Assembly: GCA_964608675.1 (NCBI GenBank)
Contig: CAZSOZ010000002.1
Coordinates: forward strand, 1 to 64,000
Length of the DNA stretch: 64,000 nucleotides
Source: an uncultured archaeon
GTDB lineage: Archaea > Iainarchaeota > Iainarchaeia > Iainarchaeales > 1-14-0-10-31-34
Reading direction: 5' to 3'
The notes under the pieces are model-generated. The model did no database searches, had not been told where the DNA came from, and worked only from the letters and a program-made list of their open reading frames with translations. The position numbers and the translations under genes were made by a program. Positions 17,451-27,007 of the stretch are shown piece by piece; positions within the stretch are counted from its first letter, which is position 1; every line of letters begins with the position of its first letter.

Positions 17451-19154
17451 TTGAGGCTCATGAATCTAAGAAATGAAATTGGATTAAAATTAGCGGAAAT
17501 TCTTTCTTTTCCTGAAGAAAAAATAATTGAATTAATTGAAGTTCCTCCTTCAAAAGAATTAGGGGATTATTCTCTGCCGTGCTTTAAGTTTTCATCTGAA
17601 CTAAAAAAACCTCCTCAGGAAATTGCTTTGAATTTAAAGAAAAAAATTGATTCCAAAAAAATTAAGTTCATTAAATCAACTGAAACCAAAGGGCCTTATC
17701 TGAATTTTTTTCTTGATTATGATTTCACTGCAAAAAAAATTGTTTCAGAAATCTTAAAAGAAAAAAACAGGTTTGGATTTAATTCTCACGGCAAAAACAA
17801 AAAAGTTATGATTGAATATTCTTCGCCAAACACAAACAAGCCTTTGCATATCGGCCATTTAAGAAATGATTCAATTGGAATGAGTTTAAATAATTTATTT
17901 AAAGCAAACGGCTTTAATCCAATTAAAGCAATACTCATTAATGACAGAGGCGTTCACATCTGCAAGTCAATGCTTGCCTACAAAAAATTTGGAAAAAACC
18001 AAAAACCGAACAAAAAATCTGATCATTTTGTTGGAAACTATTATGTTTTGTTTAACCAGAAAACTGAATCAAATCCCGAATTAGAAAAAGAAGCAATGAA
18101 CTTGCTTGAAAAATGGGAAAAAAGAGATAAAGAAACATTAAAGTTATGGAAGAAAATGAATGACTGGAGCATTAAAGGATTGTTTCAGACTTACAAAAAA
18201 TTTGGTTCAAAATTTGATGTAATTTACAGGGAATCAGATTACTTTGATAAAGGAAAAAAATTAATTGAAAAAGGACTTAAAAAAAATGTTTTCAAAAAAG
18301 ACAAACAAAAAAATATTATTGTTGATTTAGAAGAATTTGATTTAGGAAAAAAAGTTGTTTTAAGAAACGACGGAACATCAATTTATTTTACCAACGATTT
18401 GATTTTGTCAGTGGAAAAATTCAGGCAGTTTAACTTAGAAAAAAATATTTGGATTGTGGGTTCAGAGCAAAATTTTTATTTCAAGCAGTTGTTTAAAACA
18501 CTTGAATTGCTGGATTTTAACTGGATAAACAAATGCATGCATTACAGTTATGGAATGGTTTATTTGCCTGAAGGAAAAATGAAGTCAAGGGAAGGAAAAG
18601 TAGTTGATGCAGACGATTTAATTCAGCAAATCACTGAATTAGCAGAAAAAGAAATCAAAAAAAGAAACCCAAAACTAAAAGAAAAAGAATTAAAATCAAG
18701 AGCCCAAGCAATAGCTTTGGGTGCAATAAAATTCTTTTTGCTTAAAACTGATTCAGTTAAAGACATTTATTTTAATCCAAAAGAAAGCATTTCGTTTGAA
18801 GGAGAAACATCTGCTTTTGTTCAATATGCTTTTGCCAGATGCACAAGCATTTTAAGGAAAACAAAAAAACCCAAAAAATTTGAATTCAAAGACTTAACAG
18901 AAGAAGAAAAAAATCTTGTTTATGTTCTTTCATTGTTTCCGGAAAAAGTTTTGTTTGCTTTTAATTCTCTTTCTCCTCATATTTTGTGTCATTATCTTCT
19001 TGATTTAGCTTCAGCTTTTAATTTGTTTTACCAAAACTGCAGGGTTTTAGAGGGAAACCAAAAAAATTCAAGGCTTGCTTTGGTTGAAAGCACTTCAATT
19101 GCCTTAAAAAACGGGTTAAATTTATTAGGAATACAGGAACTAAAAAATATGTAA
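17451..19154 (+). CDS. argS: Arginine--tRNA ligase
   Basis: EYSSPNTNKPLHIGH, KMKSREG, QYAFAR, C-terminal LGI..LKNM. Confidence 0.96.
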   Translation: MRLMNLRNEIGLKLAEILSFPEEKIIELIEVPPSKELGDYSLPCFKFSSELKKPPQEIALNLKKKIDSKKIKFIKSTETKGPYLNFFLDYDFTAKKIVSEILKEKNRFGFNSHGKNKKVMIEYSSPNTNKPLHIGHLRNDSIGMSLNNLFKANGFNPIKAILINDRGVHICKSMLAYKKFGKNQKPNKKSDHFVGNYYVLFNQKTESNPELEKEAMNLLEKWEKRDKETLKLWKKMNDWSIKGLFQTYKKFGSKFDVIYRESDYFDKGKKLIEKGLKKNVFKKDKQKNIIVDLEEFDLGKKVVLRNDGTSIYFTNDLILSVEKFRQFNLEKNIWIVGSEQNFYFKQLFKTLELLDFNWINKCMHYSYGMVYLPEGKMKSREGKVVDADDLIQQITELAEKEIKKRNPKLKEKELKSRAQAIALGAIKFFLLKTDSVKDIYFNPKESISFEGETSAFVQYAFARCTSILRKTKKPKKFEFKDLTEEEKNLVYVLSLFPEKVLFAFNSLSPHILCHYLLDLASAFNLFYQNCRVLEGNQKNSRLALVESTSIALKNGLNLLGIQELKNM

Positions 19155-19174
19155 GAAAAAAAAAGGTTTTTAAA

Positions 19175-20971
19175 ATGAAAAAATTAGATTATAATGAATT
19201 GCTGAAAAAACTTTTAGATAAATATTATGCTTACAACAAAAAAGAATCCAGTTTAATTAGAAGAGCATTACATGCTTCAAAAAAAAAACTTTTAGCAAAA
19301 AATTCGCTGATTTTTCTTGAAAGAAAAGATGAAATTTTTGGCTCTGAATTAATTTCAAAAGCTTTTTGGTATTCAAAAAAAAAGCATTCAAGACAAAAAA
19401 GGTTTTCTGGAGAACCTTATTTTATTCATCCATTTAATACTGCTTTATATTTAGCGGAAATGGAAACGGATGCTGCTTCAATTTCTGTTGGACTTCTTCA
19501 TGATGTAGTTGAAGACACTGAAACAGACGTAAAAGAAATAAAAGAAAATTTTGGAAAAGAAATTGCGTCTCTGGTTGAAAGCCTTACAAAATTAAGGTTA
19601 ATGGTTAAAATAAGCGACAGAAAAGAATACAATACTGCTTTGCAGAAAATACTTCTTGCAACAACAAAAGATGTAAGGGTTTTGCTGATAAAACTTGCAG
19701 ACAAACGGCATAATTTAAGAACACTGCATTATCTACCAAAACAAAAACAGATTTCTATTGCTTCTCATGCACTGGAATTTTATGTTCCTCTTGCAAAAAA
19801 ACTTGCTTTGCATGACTTAAAGGATGAATTTGAAGAAATCTGCTTTAAAATAATTAAGCCAAAAATTTATTCTAAAATAAAAAAAAGAATGAAGAACAGC
19901 ATTAAATTAAAAGAAGAAGAAATGAAGTTAATGGAAGACAAACTTGAAAAAAAACTGGATAAAGCAGAACTTAAAGTTGAATTTCATAAATATAAAAGAA
20001 CTGCTTACAGTGTATTTAAAAAAATGACTCAAAACTTTAAGTCTTTCACTGAAGTACAGGATTCAGTTGTATTAATTTGTTTAACTAACACAAAAGAAGA
20101 ATGTTATGAATTTCTTGGAATTCTTCATAATACTTTTTCTCCTCTTCCCTTAAAATTCCGCGACCATATGTCTTTGTCTCAATTAGATTTATATAAATCA
20201 ATTCATACTACAGTTTTGGGTCCAAAGCATTCTCCAATTAAAGTTTATATTAGAACAAAAGAAATGCAGTCTTTGATTGACAGGGGAGTAGCTGAATTAC
20301 TGCGTGAATCAGAAATAGACAAAGAACATTTCAGCAAAAACGTTTCATTACTGCATAATTTAATGTCTATAAACATAGATGAACTTTCAACTGAAACTTT
20401 TATTGATTCACTTAAAACTGACTACTTAAAGGACAGAATTCTTGTTTTTACTGATAATGGAAAATTAATTGAACTGCCAAGAGGTTCTTCGGTTATTGAT
20501 TTTGCTTTTGCTTTGGATCCAAAAATGGGAATTAAAGCAAGAAAAGCAAAAGTGAACGGCAAAACAGTTCCAATCTGGCATAAATTAAACAACGGAGACC
20601 TAGTGCAGGTATCAGTTGGAAAAAAGAAAACTGTTTCAAGGGTCTGGAAAAATTTTGCTATTTCAGCCAAAGCAAGAAATGAAATAGAAAAAAACTTGAA
20701 GGGAAAAAAACAAAAAAAACAAAAAATGCCTTTGGTTTCAATTGAATTCAAGGCTTTGGACAGACCAGGCTTAATAAAAGATTTCGCTGAAGTTTTTCTT
20801 GAAGTTAAAGCAAACATTTTTTCTGCTGAAATCAGGACAAGCCAGGAAAGCGGAATAGGAAGAGATTCTTTTACAATTGAATTAGAAAGTCCTAATCAAT
20901 TAGAAGAATTAATTAAAAAATTAAAAAAAATAAAAGGAATTCTTGAAATTAAAGCAAAATATATTGAATGA
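19175..20971 (+). CDS. Long RelA/SpoT homologue: HD hydrolase, degenerate synthetase, TGS, ACT
   Basis: HSRQKRFSGEPYFIHP, LLHDVVEDT, IKLADKRHNLRTL; TGS LPRGSSVIDFAF..AKVNGK; ACT DRPGLIKD. Confidence 0.9.
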   Translation: MKKLDYNELLKKLLDKYYAYNKKESSLIRRALHASKKKLLAKNSLIFLERKDEIFGSELISKAFWYSKKKHSRQKRFSGEPYFIHPFNTALYLAEMETDAASISVGLLHDVVEDTETDVKEIKENFGKEIASLVESLTKLRLMVKISDRKEYNTALQKILLATTKDVRVLLIKLADKRHNLRTLHYLPKQKQISIASHALEFYVPLAKKLALHDLKDEFEEICFKIIKPKIYSKIKKRMKNSIKLKEEEMKLMEDKLEKKLDKAELKVEFHKYKRTAYSVFKKMTQNFKSFTEVQDSVVLICLTNTKEECYEFLGILHNTFSPLPLKFRDHMSLSQLDLYKSIHTTVLGPKHSPIKVYIRTKEMQSLIDRGVAELLRESEIDKEHFSKNVSLLHNLMSINIDELSTETFIDSLKTDYLKDRILVFTDNGKLIELPRGSSVIDFAFALDPKMGIKARKAKVNGKTVPIWHKLNNGDLVQVSVGKKKTVSRVWKNFAISAKARNEIEKNLKGKKQKKQKMPLVSIEFKALDRPGLIKDFAEVFLEVKANIFSAEIRTSQESGIGRDSFTIELESPNQLEELIKKLKKIKGILEIKAKYIE

Positions 20972-20973
20972 AA

Positions 20974-22317
20974 TCAGATTTTAATTTTTTCAACTTTCTT
21001 TAATGTTTTAGGAAGCTCTTTTTTCATTTGTTTTGCACTTTTTAATGCAAGCCATTCACATACTTCCTGTGGAATTTTGTCTTTTTTTGAATAACCTTTT
21101 CTTTTAATTCTTTTAATCATTACATCTGAAACAGTTTTTTTTCTGGAAATTATTTCTTTTAAGGGATTCAATAATTTTTGGTATTCTTTTGGAACTTGTT
21201 TTGATGCAAACTTCAAAAACTTTTTAGAATAATCAAAGACATCTTTGTTGTCAAAACCGTTTTTTGCTGATTCAATTTGCAGGTAATGCCTTAAATAAGT
21301 AATTGGAGGAACATGAATTGTTTTTCCCTCAATTTTAAATGGTTCTTCTTTTCCTAAATCTGAAGGTTTTACTTCATAAAATTCCTGCTGAATTTTTCTT
21401 AAAATGAATTTCATTAAAATGCTTGCTGAAACAAAATATTTAGGCTGGCATACATCTGAATTTCTTGCTTCAAGTGTTCCTAATTTGTTTATTTTAACAG
21501 GATTCCAAACTAAATCCAAAAACTCTTTTTTCTTTGCTTCATTATATAACCCTAAAGACTTCATGTTTTGTTTCCAAAAATTGTCTGCATATTTTGTTTT
21601 ATATTGCAGGTCTTCTAAAGTTAAAACATAAGGAGGCAGCGCTCCAAACAATTTTTTTCCTGTATATAATCCCCCAGAATAAATTTTTCCTCCTCTAAAT
21701 AGCGCCATCCTTGAATCTTTCATTAAAAATTTTTGGTTAACATAAGGAGAACTCTGAAGAAGAGTTGTTATTCCGGGATCAACTGCAATAATTATATTAT
21801 AACTGCTTAACAGTGTTTCTTTTACTTTTGATTTAACTAAAGGCTTTAATTTTTTGTAATTGGAATCAAATACTCCGAAAGGAAGAGTGTAATGCATGTG
21901 AAAAGCAGCAATCCTTGAAGTAATAAAAGAATAATCTTTTTTTCCAAAAACTTCTCTGAACAATTTTTCTTGAAGCAAATACCTTTTTTCGTTTGTTATT
22001 TTTTCTTTAAATCTTCCAGGGTAAGTTGATAAAGGCAAAAGCATTGAATTTTTTTCTTCCAGTTCTCTGGAAACAAATAAAATTTGTTCAAGTTCGTTGC
22101 AAATGGAATCTTTTATTGCAGGATAAGGATTTGATTGAATTTCAATTAAGTTTTCTGTTGCTTCAGTGTCGATATTGTAGTTTGGTTTCTTTTTTTTTAA
22201 TAAAGGAACTAATTCAGGAACTTTTGCATTAATTTTTCCCTGTGAATCAATTAAATTAAACTCTAATTCCAATCCTGTTAATGATCTTTTAATGACTTTT
22301 TTTTTTCTTTTTTTCAT
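20974..22317 (-). CDS. Glutamate--cysteine ligase family 2 (carboxylate-amine ligase)-like protein
   Basis: TGLELEFNLID, LIEIQS, AFHMH, SSPY, DSR, GTLEAR..D. Confidence 0.7.
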   Translation of the reverse strand: MKKRKKKVIKRSLTGLELEFNLIDSQGKINAKVPELVPLLKKKKPNYNIDTEATENLIEIQSNPYPAIKDSICNELEQILFVSRELEEKNSMLLPLSTYPGRFKEKITNEKRYLLQEKLFREVFGKKDYSFITSRIAAFHMHYTLPFGVFDSNYKKLKPLVKSKVKETLLSSYNIIIAVDPGITTLLQSSPYVNQKFLMKDSRMALFRGGKIYSGGLYTGKKLFGALPPYVLTLEDLQYKTKYADNFWKQNMKSLGLYNEAKKKEFLDLVWNPVKINKLGTLEARNSDVCQPKYFVSASILMKFILRKIQQEFYEVKPSDLGKEEPFKIEGKTIHVPPITYLRHYLQIESAKNGFDNKDVFDYSKKFLKFASKQVPKEYQKLLNPLKEIISRKKTVSDVMIKRIKRKGYSKKDKIPQEVCEWLALKSAKQMKKELPKTLKKVEKIKI

Positions 22318-22368
22318 TTAAAACACAAAGACCAAAATAATAAAAAGCGTTTTCTTTTTTTAAAAATT

Positions 22369-25023
22369 TTATTTTATTTCTTTTATTTTTTCTTTTTTTT
22401 CTGTTTTTCCTCTGGCAAATTTTTCGTTTCCTCCACCTTTGCCTCCTGCAAAAGAAAAAATTTCTTTCAATGTTTTGTTTGCTTTGTTGTTTGATTTGTT
22501 TCCTTCAATAACCAAAACATTGTTTTCATTAACTAAAATAAATTCTGCTTTAGGGTTTTCTTTTGCAAGCTTGTTTGCCAGAGAAATAACTGCTTTTTCA
22601 GGCAAATCCATTTCAATTAAATTTCTTCCTTCTGGGTTTTTTACTTTAATTTCTTTTTCTGAAAAATTTCCTTTCCTTAACTGTTTTTTTAGTTCTTTCC
22701 ATTCTTTTATTATTTTTTTGTTTGTTTCAAGTATTTTTGTTTCAGGGCTTCCAAGCAGTTCAGCGGTATCTCTAATTATTTTTTCTTTTTCTTGAATTAA
22801 TTTTACTGCACTTAATCCTACTGTATATGTTATTCTTTCTATTCCGTCTTTTATTCCTTCTCTTTTAATTATTTTAAATAAACCTATTTCTCCGGTGTTT
22901 TTTATGTGAGTGCCTCCGCATGCTTCCACATCATATCCTTTGATATTCAGTATTCTTAAAATTTTTCCTGGAACTGCCCCTCCCTGATATAATCTGAAAC
23001 CAAATTTTTGTTCTGCTTTGTCTCTTTCCATTTCAAAGTTTTCCACTGGAATGTTTTCCTGAATGATTCTGTTTGCAGTGAATTCAATTTTTTTGAGTTC
23101 TTCTGAAGTAATTCTTTTAAAGTGAGTTAAATCCAAATGCGCTTTGTTTTCTTCTTTTTTGCTTCCGCTCTGCCAGATATGATTTCCTAATATTTCTCTT
23201 GCAGCAGCATTTAAAACGTGTGCAGCAGTATGATGCTTCATTTTACTGTATCTTTTATTCCAGTCAATTTTTCCTATGACAGTCATTCCTTTTTTGAATT
23301 TATTTATGTTTTTCATTTCATGAAGAATTATTTTTTTTTGTTGGATTGTATCCAAAACTTGAATGCTGTTTATTTTTCCTGTGTCCCCGGTTTGGCCTCC
23401 TCCTTCAGGATAAAAAGCAGTTTTATCTAAAATCAGATAACTGTCTATTTTTCCAAGCACTTTTGCCTGAAATTCCTGCATATAACGGTCTTCATAATAT
23501 AAAGGAAAAGTTTTATTAAAATCTAATTTTAGTTCTCTTTTGTTTTCTTTTTCAATTTCATCTTCTTTTGCAAGCATCTGATAAAAATTTCCGGGAATTT
23601 CTGCTTTTACTCCTTTTTTTCCTGCAATTTCTTTTACTGTTTCAGGGGGTATTCCGTTTGATTCATATAAAGTCAGCAGTTCGTTTGTTTTTATTTCTTT
23701 TTTTTCTTTTTTCTTTTTATCTATTACTAAAGCAAGTTTTTTTTCTGCATTAATCCTGCTTGCATAATATTTTTTTTCTTCTTCTTCAATTATTTCAATT
23801 GCAGTTCTTACTCCGTCTTTTATTTCTTCATCTAATTCTTTTAAATGCCTTGCATGGTTTTCAATTATTTTCCCATAATCCAATTCAAAATTAAACTCGT
23901 TATTGAAAGCAAAAACCCTTCTTAAAATCATTCTTAAATTGTATCCTCCACCGCTGTTGGAGGGAAGCATTCCGTCATTTGTAGTGTATAAAATATTCTT
24001 TAAGTGGTCTGCAATTGCATATAATGCCTGTAATTTTTCTAATTCAGATAAAAACTCTTTTTCTGCGCCAATTTTTTTTACAATCGCTTCTTTTTGTTTT
24101 TCATAGTCTTTTAATTCACTGTCTAAAACTCCTGCCAATTTAGAGTAATCTAAAAACATTTTTTCATCGACTTTTATTCCAGTGGATTTCTTCATGTCTT
24201 TAATTGCTTTTCCAAAAGTTATTTCATAGCTTGTTGGAGTTCCATTAGTAAACCATGCCAGTCTTTCTAGTCCGGCTCCCATGTCAATTACTTTTGTATT
24301 CAATTCCCTGAATTTTCCGTTTCCTAAATCTTTGTATTGCATGAAAACAATGTTTCCTAATTCAACTCCTTTTGAACAGTATTCAATGCACGGCCCAAAA
24401 CTTCCGCCTCCCATCCAAACATCTTCCTGAAAAACTAAATCTTTTTCTTTTAAACCTAAAACTTTCAAAACATAATTATAGTTGTCTTTTACGGCTTCTT
24501 CTTTCCAGTAAAACAAATTATTTTTTTTGTTGAATGCATGCTGTCCAAACATAACAAAACAAGTGTAATGTGCTCCTGTTATTCCTACGTTGTTTACGTC
24601 TCCAAACCTAATGCTTGTCTGAGGCACAATTAAAGGGTTTGCAGGAGGCTCAATTTCTCCGCTTACAACATATGGCTGAAAGTCAATTATTGATGCATTA
24701 GTAAAATACAAGTCATCTCTCCATCTGCTTACAGTCGGATATCTTTTAATTGAAGTGTGATTGTGTTTTGAAAAATATTTTTCTATTTCTTTCCATGTTT
24801 CCACATACTCTAATTTTCTGGTTTTTTCTCCAATGAATTCATATCCAACACATGTTGAATCAGCACAAGTTTTTCTTTCATTATTTACAGTCCAAAAGTT
24901 TCTTCCGCATTTTTTGCATTGCTTTCTTTGAAAACCTTTTTCTTTAAAGAACTTTAAATCATAATGTGTTTTCCAGTCTTTTGCAAACTTTTCTCTTAAC
25001 TCTTTCTTTGATACACTCATCAA
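22369..25023 (-). CDS. alaS: Alanine--tRNA ligase (archaeal type)
   Basis: RWRDDLYFTNASIIDFQP, IDMGAGLERL, FYPEGGGQ, HHTAAH, ACGGTH, GGKGGG. Confidence 0.97.
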   Translation of the reverse strand: MMSVSKKELREKFAKDWKTHYDLKFFKEKGFQRKQCKKCGRNFWTVNNERKTCADSTCVGYEFIGEKTRKLEYVETWKEIEKYFSKHNHTSIKRYPTVSRWRDDLYFTNASIIDFQPYVVSGEIEPPANPLIVPQTSIRFGDVNNVGITGAHYTCFVMFGQHAFNKKNNLFYWKEEAVKDNYNYVLKVLGLKEKDLVFQEDVWMGGGSFGPCIEYCSKGVELGNIVFMQYKDLGNGKFRELNTKVIDMGAGLERLAWFTNGTPTSYEITFGKAIKDMKKSTGIKVDEKMFLDYSKLAGVLDSELKDYEKQKEAIVKKIGAEKEFLSELEKLQALYAIADHLKNILYTTNDGMLPSNSGGGYNLRMILRRVFAFNNEFNFELDYGKIIENHARHLKELDEEIKDGVRTAIEIIEEEEKKYYASRINAEKKLALVIDKKKKEKKEIKTNELLTLYESNGIPPETVKEIAGKKGVKAEIPGNFYQMLAKEDEIEKENKRELKLDFNKTFPLYYEDRYMQEFQAKVLGKIDSYLILDKTAFYPEGGGQTGDTGKINSIQVLDTIQQKKIILHEMKNINKFKKGMTVIGKIDWNKRYSKMKHHTAAHVLNAAAREILGNHIWQSGSKKEENKAHLDLTHFKRITSEELKKIEFTANRIIQENIPVENFEMERDKAEQKFGFRLYQGGAVPGKILRILNIKGYDVEACGGTHIKNTGEIGLFKIIKREGIKDGIERITYTVGLSAVKLIQEKEKIIRDTAELLGSPETKILETNKKIIKEWKELKKQLRKGNFSEKEIKVKNPEGRNLIEMDLPEKAVISLANKLAKENPKAEFILVNENNVLVIEGNKSNNKANKTLKEIFSFAGGKGGGNEKFARGKTEKKEKIKEIK

Positions 25024-25111
25024 ATCACAACTATTAATACAAAACAGCAGAAGTAATTAAATTTATTGGTTTTAAAGAAGCAGTACAGCCGGCATAGCTG
25101 GCATTTTTTTT

Positions 25112-25145
25112 GTTTTTTTTGGATCAAACTTTTTGTAAAAAGTTT
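25112..25145. repeat. AT-rich hairpin repeat (family B) abutting RNase P RNA 3' end
   Basis: TTTTGGATC-AAACTTTTT-GT-AAAAAGTTT. Confidence 0.65.
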
Positions 25146-25146
25146 G

Positions 25147-25473
25147 GGGTTGTGGAGAGTAAGCCGCTTTTTGTTTTATCCGGCATTCACCTAATGCGTC
25201 AAAAGACTTGCACTCCCAGAACATATTTCAGTTCTGTTTAACCCAAAGCACGTTTCAGCCTTTCCTGAAAAACCTCGCTTTTAAGGTCATTGTAATTTTC
25301 AGGCGGATCGTTTCTGCTCTTTGGGAATTCCTCTCAGAATTATTTTTTTTGGGAATGAGTGAGCGGACTTTCCTCAGCGCCGCAACGTCTGCTCACGTTG
25401 ACAGAGCGTTCAGCATAAAGCTGGACTGCCATAGCTTACAGACAAGGCACCGTCAGCCGGTCTTCCACTACCC
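25147..25473 (-). ncRNA. rnpB: RNase P RNA
   Basis: Minus strand has GAGGAAAGTCCG, GAGTGCAAG and ACAAAAAGCGGCTTAC (P4 halves); P1 GGGTAGTGGA/TCCACAACCC; upstream TATA-like box. Confidence 0.92.
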
Positions 25474-25618
25474 TATATAATTATACAAAAATCCGTTTTT
25501 AAGTCTTTTTATTGTTTTTTTTAGGCAAAAACCTATTAAAAAGAATCTTTTTAAATTAAAGAAACAATTTAGTTAATACATGCTTTTTTTGTTAAACAAA
25601 AAAAAACGAGGTGAATAA

Positions 25619-26521
25619 ATGAAAAAAGTTTTTTTAGTTTTAATTCTGTCTTTGCTTTTGCTGGCAGGATGCATTAATCCGAACCCTATTCCTGAACCAG
25701 ATGAATTTTATCCAGTTGAATTTTCTGTGATAGATGAAGGCAGTCATTCAGCAGTAACTGAATCAACTCATAAAGTGATTAATTCTCAGAAAGAATTAGG
25801 AGATTTATATAAAGAAATGTTTCCTGATGCAGTTAATACTTTTCCTTCAATTGATTTTGATAAATATACTGTTGTTGCAGTTTTTGCAGGAGAAAAACCT
25901 AATCCTTTATATAAACTTGAAGTAAAAAAAGTTCTTGCTTCAAAAAAACTGATTAAAGTTTATGTAAATGAAATAAAAGAAAAACTTCCTGAAGATACTG
26001 TTATTACTCCTGTTACAGTTCAACCTTTTGAAATCATTAAATTTAAGAAAACCAATCTTCCAGTAAAAGTTTTCAGAAACCAAATAATTGAAGAACAGGA
26101 AACTCTTGTTCAAATTGATTTTTCTGTAGTTGAATCAGATTTAATGAGTGTAATAGAAACTAAAAAAGAAATTGTAATAGACAACATGTCTGATTGGGAA
26201 GACGTTTATGCTGAAATTCATTCAAGGGAACTCCTTCCTGAACAAGCTTCTCTTGAAATTCCTGCAGTAGATTTTGATGAATATATTTTAATTGGAGTTT
26301 TTGCAGGAGAAAAACCTAATCCAAATTATGGCATTAAAATAAATAAAATAATTAAATCAGAGAAAGCAATAACCGTTCAGGTGCAAAACATTTACGCTGA
26401 GCCTCCGGAAGGAACAGGAACAATTCAGGTTATAGTTCAGCCTTATGAAATAATTAAAATAAAGAAAACCAGTCTTCCAATTGAATTTGAATGCAAAGAT
26501 GTTATTGTTAAACCTGTTTAA
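25619..26521 (+). CDS. Lipoprotein with two PrcB C-terminal-like domains (frame continues past TAA to 26896)
   Basis: LAGC lipobox; duplicated P.[IV]DFD.Y....VFAGEKPNP.Y...VQP[FY]EIIK.KKT.LP. Confidence 0.8.
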   Translation: MKKVFLVLILSLLLLAGCINPNPIPEPDEFYPVEFSVIDEGSHSAVTESTHKVINSQKELGDLYKEMFPDAVNTFPSIDFDKYTVVAVFAGEKPNPLYKLEVKKVLASKKLIKVYVNEIKEKLPEDTVITPVTVQPFEIIKFKKTNLPVKVFRNQIIEEQETLVQIDFSVVESDLMSVIETKKEIVIDNMSDWEDVYAEIHSRELLPEQASLEIPAVDFDEYILIGVFAGEKPNPNYGIKINKIIKSEKAITVQVQNIYAEPPEGTGTIQVIVQPYEIIKIKKTSLPIEFECKDVIVKPV

Positions 26522-26896
26522 GGATGTGCTGAACAAGGAGAAAAATTTTCAAAGGTTTTAATTGAAGAATATCCTTCAAAATGTTGTGACGGCTTAACTG
26601 AATGGAATTCAGGAATGGATTCAAGGATTTCAATTGCAGGAAAATGTTTTGAAACAGGTTTATTGAAGGGTTCTCCTGTTGGAACCTGCCTGAATTGCGG
26701 AAACCAGGAATGTGAAAAACTGGAAAATCCATGCAATTGTCCTTCAGATTGTTCTGCTTTATCTGATTCAGATTATGTTTCAGCAGAAGAATACTGCGGT
26801 CAGTTCACTCAGGAAGAACTTTCAGTTTCATGTGAAGATTCAATGACTACTGCCGGTTGTCAGTTGTGTTATTTCGCAGAAATTGAATCTCCTTAA
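26522..26896 (+). pseudogene. Cys-rich C-terminal part of the preceding lipoprotein, separated by one in-frame TAA
   Basis: Same frame as 25619; GCAEQGEKF...KCCDGL...CGNQECEKLENPCNCPSDC. Confidence 0.6.
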
Positions 26897-27007
26897 TTTT
26901 CTTTTTTTTTCCTTTTTTTTTAGTTTAAAAGCTTGTTTTTTAGTTAGTTTTTTTAATCAGAATCTTTTATTAATCAATAAAGGGTTATTTAGTAATGAGG
27001 TGAATAA

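Noticed and set aside
25208-25480. 90-aa ORF
   Set aside because: Antisense to RNase P RNA
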